From Hormiphora californensis (taxonomy: Eukaryota; Animalia; Ctenophora): 64,000 nt of DNA. The stretch spans positions 5,332,001-5,396,000 of the forward strand of contig CM035358.1 of assembly GCA_020137815.1 (NCBI GenBank), given 5' to 3'. The position numbers and the translations under genes are program-made. A model generated the notes under the pieces. That model saw only the letters and a list, made by a program, of their open reading frames with translations. It was not told the DNA's origin and did no database searches. This document shows, piece by piece, positions 59,679-64,000 of the stretch; within the stretch, counting starts at the first letter, position 1, and each line of letters begins with the position of its first letter.

Positions 59679-60384
59679 GTTAGTACACTAAAAGGGTGAG
59701 GTCGGGGGCAAATACGGTTTATGCTATAACAGCACATATATAACAAGATAAGTGGTGCCTCTAAATGCAGTATTCTTGTCGCCATAGGGACCACGGCTGA
59801 GAAAGGCCTGTGCTATGGAACAATAAAGAGCAAGGAGATAAAATAGCAATTACCAAAACGTCCTTGGTCACTTAAAATGATGTGTGAGAATGTTACGGCC
59901 ATTTGTGAAGTGAGTGAACCATGTCGCGTGGCTAAACGTATTTTGCACGCTAACATGACATTCATAGGCAGCTCATCCAGAAAACACCTGGTGCGGCGGT
60001 TTGTTCTCTTACAAAAGACTGCCCTTGTGTATAACTGCTTCGTCAGTGCAGAACGATACAGATAAATCAAACAAAAGACTGCCCTCTCCGAACTGATTCT
60101 ACAATTGGATTACCCAATGTGGGGACGTGGGGTGTGATAAGATATAGAAATCTCCGAATGGCGAATAGGCTACATAGCGGCCAAGTTTTCACGTGATGAG
60201 TTTCTGGAATAGCACGTTGCACCTCCCTGATTTATTGTATTGATCTCTTAAATTCGCACCTTGACATTGTCAGGAAACCAAGAGCGTACAACAACATGGG
60301 TAGGGAGAAAGTGAGAGAGAGGCTAGGAACGGATGGTGCAGGTGATGTCAGCGTTCCCTAATCAAGCTACCATTTCACCGAAAT

Positions 60385-60413
60385 TCGCCCGTAGGGCGAA
60401 CGGGCCTACTAGT
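60385..60413 (+). mobile_element. Helitron-like 3' terminus
   Basis: GC hairpin gcccgt-agggcga-acgggc followed by ctaCTAG|T, the canonical Helitron end; 5' end not located. Confidence 0.5.
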
Positions 60414-60625
60414 AATGACTAAATAGAAACAGCTTCCATGGGCAATGGGCGCGTGATTACTCATTTTCCACGGGCGGTTGATCACCCAGCTGGTGGATAA
60501 GAGAGAAATTTAGATGATTCAGGAGAATAACAGAAGGCGAAATGATAGATTTCATTATTTCTTGATACCTACAGGTTGCCAGCGATTGGTGGAATGGACA
60601 GGTGTGAGAGTAGTTAAATATCAGG

Positions 60626-60724
60626 CATGAACCGACACAAGCAAACAACCAATCAGAGCTCGTTATTTAGGTCACGTGACTGGTTATCAGCCAATCAGGG
60701 ACCAGTATTTCCTGATTCGGTCAT
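60626..60724 (+). repeat. ~100-bp dispersed repeat, copy 3
   Basis: Matches copies at 7438 and 21063. Confidence 0.85.
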
Positions 60725-60870
60725 GTGTGAGTTTGAGGTAAAATACAGGTGTCTGTTGATTTTAATGTTCGGCTTCTTGTGCCTGGGTAATCGAAATTTT
60801 ATTGAAAGTAAACCCGCCTTTGAATATGTAGACCGCATGTAGACCCCCTAAATGATCGTGCGGACGCTAG

Positions 60871-62369
60871 GGTAGTATGAAAGATTAGGTCGTGCGCGCC
60901 ATATGGCGCCATATGGCGCCAAGTGGCGCCATCATATTCGCCAAATGGCGCCACGTGGCGAACAAATGGCGCCATCTGGCGCCAAAATGTGGTGAGTGCG
61001 CACTATCGCCAAATGGCGCCATTTCTGGCGCCAAATGGCGCCAAATCTGGCGCCAGTGGCGATCGCCATTCGCCAAATGTTGGCGACTCTTGGCGATATC
61101 GCCACGTGGCGATGGTACAAAGTCTGAAAAAAAACATGCACAAAATTGTTATCGCCAAATGGCGCCATTTGGCGCCATTAAGTGATCAGGAGATCAAGTC
61201 GCCAAATGGCGCCGTTTGGCGACATCTGGCGCCGTTCGTCGCCAAATGGCGCCAAATGGCGCCAATCTTCACAAAGTGGCGCCATTCGGCGAATTTTTCG
61301 CCATATGGCGCCATTTGGCGCCACTTGGCGATACTCATCGCCAAATGGCGCCGTTTGTCGCCGTTTGGCGATGTGAAATATGTATACCAAATGTCGCCAT
61401 ATGGCGCCAAATTTTTGTCAAATGTTTGTCGCCATTTGGCGCCAAACGTCGCCATTTGGCGCCATATAGCGCCAAATGACGACATATGGCGCAAGCTGTT
61501 TGTCAAATTTTAGTCGCCATTTTGCGCCAAATGTCGCCATATGGCGCCAAACGTCGCCATTTGGCGCCAAATGTCGCCATATGGCGCCAAATTTTTGTCA
61601 AATATGTGTCGCCATTTGGCGCCAAACGTCGCCATTTTTCGCCACTTGGCGCCGAACCTCGCCATATGGCGCAAAATGTTTGTCAAATGTTAGTCGCCAT
61701 TTGGCGCCAAATGTCGCCATATGGCGCCAAACGTCGCCATTTGGCGCCAAATGGCGACGTTCGGCGCCAAGTGGCGACAAATGGCGCCATATGGTGACGT
61801 TTGGCGACTAATGGCGACAAAAATTTGAAAAAAATTTGGCGCCATATGGCGACATTTGGCGCCAAATGGCGACGTTCGGCGCCAAATGGCGACGTTTGAC
61901 GCCAAATGGCGCCGCATGGCGACGTTTGGCGCAACTAGCAACATTTGGCGCCATATGGCGCCAGTTGGCGATTTTTTCGCCAAATGGCGCCACGCGGCGT
62001 CGGCGCCACGCGGCGCCGAGTGGCGAGCGTCATATTTTGGAAAGCATTGAAAATTTGCTATTCTTATCGCCAAATGGCGCCATTTGGCGATATATATGTT
62101 CCGCATGTTTTTTTCAGACTTTGTACCATCGCCACGTGGCGATACCGCCAAGAGTCGCCAATATTTGGCGAATGGCGATCGCCACTGGCGCCACGTGGCG
62201 CCACATGGCGCCAGATTTGGCGCCAGAAATGGCGATATTTGGCATAGTGCGCATTCGCCACATTTTGGCGCAAAATGGCGCCATTTATTCGCCACGTGGC
62301 GCCATTTGGCGAATTTGATGGCGCCAAATGGCGCCATATGGCGCGCACGACCTAATCTTTCATACTACC
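60871..62369. mobile_element. Merlin-like foldback element built of 11-bp TGGCGCCA repeats
   Basis: 8-bp TSD gacgctag; TIR ggtagtatgaaagattaggtcgtgcgcgcc (inverted similarity ~300 bp); interior is (aaatggcgcca/tttggcgcca)n. Confidence 0.9.
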
Positions 62370-62566
62370 GACGCTAGCGATCGCTAGTTTTCCCGTTTCA
62401 GGTATAGTAATTAGCGCGCGGAATGGCGCCAAACTGTCACGTGACTTTCACCCCAAAATACACACAATCAACTGGATACGTCATTATCTAGTCTATCAGC
62501 ATTATCACAATTATGGGTGCCGGGTGTGGCAACACAATTACGGTGGACCTTTTCATATGGCCAGCC

Positions 62567-62675
62567 GGCAGGTCGGTAGAACTTCGACAGAATTTAGGGC
62601 AGGTCTGAATTTAGGGCAGGTCTGAATTTAGGGCAGGTCTGAATTTAGGGCAGGTCTGAATTTAGGGCAGATCTG
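62567..62675 (+). mobile_element. left end of another Merlin-like element
   Basis: ggcaggtcggtagaacttcg resembles the TIR at 45387 (ggcaggtgagtagaacttcg); followed by 17-bp gaatttagggcaggtct x5. Confidence 0.6.
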
Positions 62676-62731
62676 AGTACTAAGCATGTGAATGCGATTC
62701 GGGGAAGCTTATTAGCGGTGTGAGACGATAA

Positions 62732-64000
62732 TTAATTATTAACTCTGGCAGGGCAGATGGTTTGAGGCGGCAAGGTGTTGGGTTGGTGTTATCAAAATCT
62801 GTCAAGAAGTCCTTAATTTCCTACAGTCCCTTCTCTGAGCGCATCATGGCAGCCCGACTGCACACCAAACATGTTAATATCTCCCTTGTTATTGCATATG
62901 CTCCAACCAATGATAAGGATGACGCGGTCAAGGAGGAATTCTACAACCAGTTATCATCGGTTTTGGATAGGCTTCCTCGGCAGGACGTGGTCTTCTTGGG
63001 CGGGGATTTCAACGCGAGGGTTGGTGGCGGGCACTCTCTCCACCAAGTTTCTAATGACAACGGTGAGCGGTTGGAGGATTTATGTGGGATTCATCAGTTG
63101 TCTATTGGTGGGAAGATGTTCCCTCATAGGGATCACCACAAGGGAACCTGGAGATCTCCTGACGGTACCACTGTGACGCAGATAGACCATCTGTGTGTCG
63201 GCAACAAGTGGCGAAGTTCTCTGTTGGATGTTAGGGTCCTAAGGAGTGCAGACATCGGGTCTGATCACTACCTGGTTCGGGGTAAGGTTAGGATCCGGCT
63301 GAGTGCAGCTAAGAACTGTAGGAAACCGGTCAGGGAGGTTCCAGCTATAGAGAATCTCAGGAAGGGGTGTGATGAGACACGCACGGAATACAATGTCTCT
63401 CTCCGGAACAGGTTTGAATCTCTGGAGCCTGAGGAAAGTCTGGAGGGTCAGTGGCGGCAACTTAAGGAGGTAATCGGTGAGGTGTCACTGGAGGTCCTGG
63501 GAGCGCGGCCGAAACGGATTCGTCAGCAGCACTTGTCTCTTGAGACTCGAGACCTCATCGCCCACCGTGCTGAGCTGAAGAAGAATGATCCCGAGGGTGG
63601 ATCTGAGTACTCTAGGCTTAATAAGCTGGTCAAGAAAGCAGCACGGGTGGACGATGAAAGGTGGGCGGATAGTTTGGCGTCTGATCTGGAGGATGCTGCG
63701 GTGCACGGGCGGCAGAGGGAACTTTGGCAGCATATGAAAGATCTGTCAGGTGTGAGGAAACGCGGCGGTACTGCTGTTCGTGATAGGAACGGTGAACTCA
63801 TCGCTGATCCTGTTCAACAGCGGGAGCGCTGGGCGGAGCACTTCTCTGAGCTGCTAAACCCCCCTGTAACTACATCACAGCTCTCGGATCTGGATGGTCT
63901 GGAGGTGGACCCGTGCTTTGAGGATCTTGGTGAGGATGATCCTCCGCCTTCTCGTGGAGAAGTTTTAGTGGCACTGAACAGGCTCAAAAACCATAAGAGT
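62732..64000 (+). mobile_element. RTE-clade LINE ORF (AP endonuclease + linker), runs off the window
   Basis: Open frame from 62732 to the end: SGRADG..QGVGLVLS..SERIMAARL..IAYAPTN..FY..GDFNARVG..NDNGERL..TWRSPDG..QIDH..ADIGSDH..RWAEHFSELLN..EV..ALNRLKNHK. The endonuclease N-terminus is missing or degenerate. Absent from the ORF track because it has no stop. Confidence 0.9.

Noticed and set aside
60885-62377. Many overlapping MAPFGAIWRH-type ORFs
   Set aside because: Stop-poor 11-bp repeat inside a TIR element; open in several frames on both strands.

Overview
Eukaryotic (metazoan) genomic DNA, most likely a ctenophore. A ~100-bp dispersed repeat translating to QEPTKTSKQPIRTRYLGHVIGYHPIRDQYFLIRS and a pogo-type MITE translating to TVGPRFSGTPI are motifs I recall from Pleurobrachia gene models; this assignment is unverified. 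About 46 kb (6590-52706, + strand) is one giant spliced gene. I traced 67 GT-AG exons by hand with matching phases (~17.7 kb coding, ~5,900 aa; start/signal-peptide exon not found). It encodes a very acidic, Ser/Thr-rich type I membrane protein: [sushi-like + Cys module + RRKR] - GCC2/GCC3-like Cys repeat - sushi-like - roughly 50-55 Ig-like domains - [a second, homologous sushi-like + Cys module + KRKR] - TM - 16-aa tail. The gene contains a three-fold near-identical 5-Ig cassette plus an older copy that differs by intron presence. Introns carry large foldback/MITE DNA elements (Tc1/mariner-, hAT-, Merlin-, MULE-like termini and TSDs), and many have tandemly duplicated splice sites. Downstream are a CRE-type and an RTE-type LINE fragment, two small minus-strand paralogous secreted-protein genes, a Helitron-like 3' end and a Merlin-like foldback. 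No prokaryotic features or CRISPR arrays. All annotation is by eye, with no database searches.
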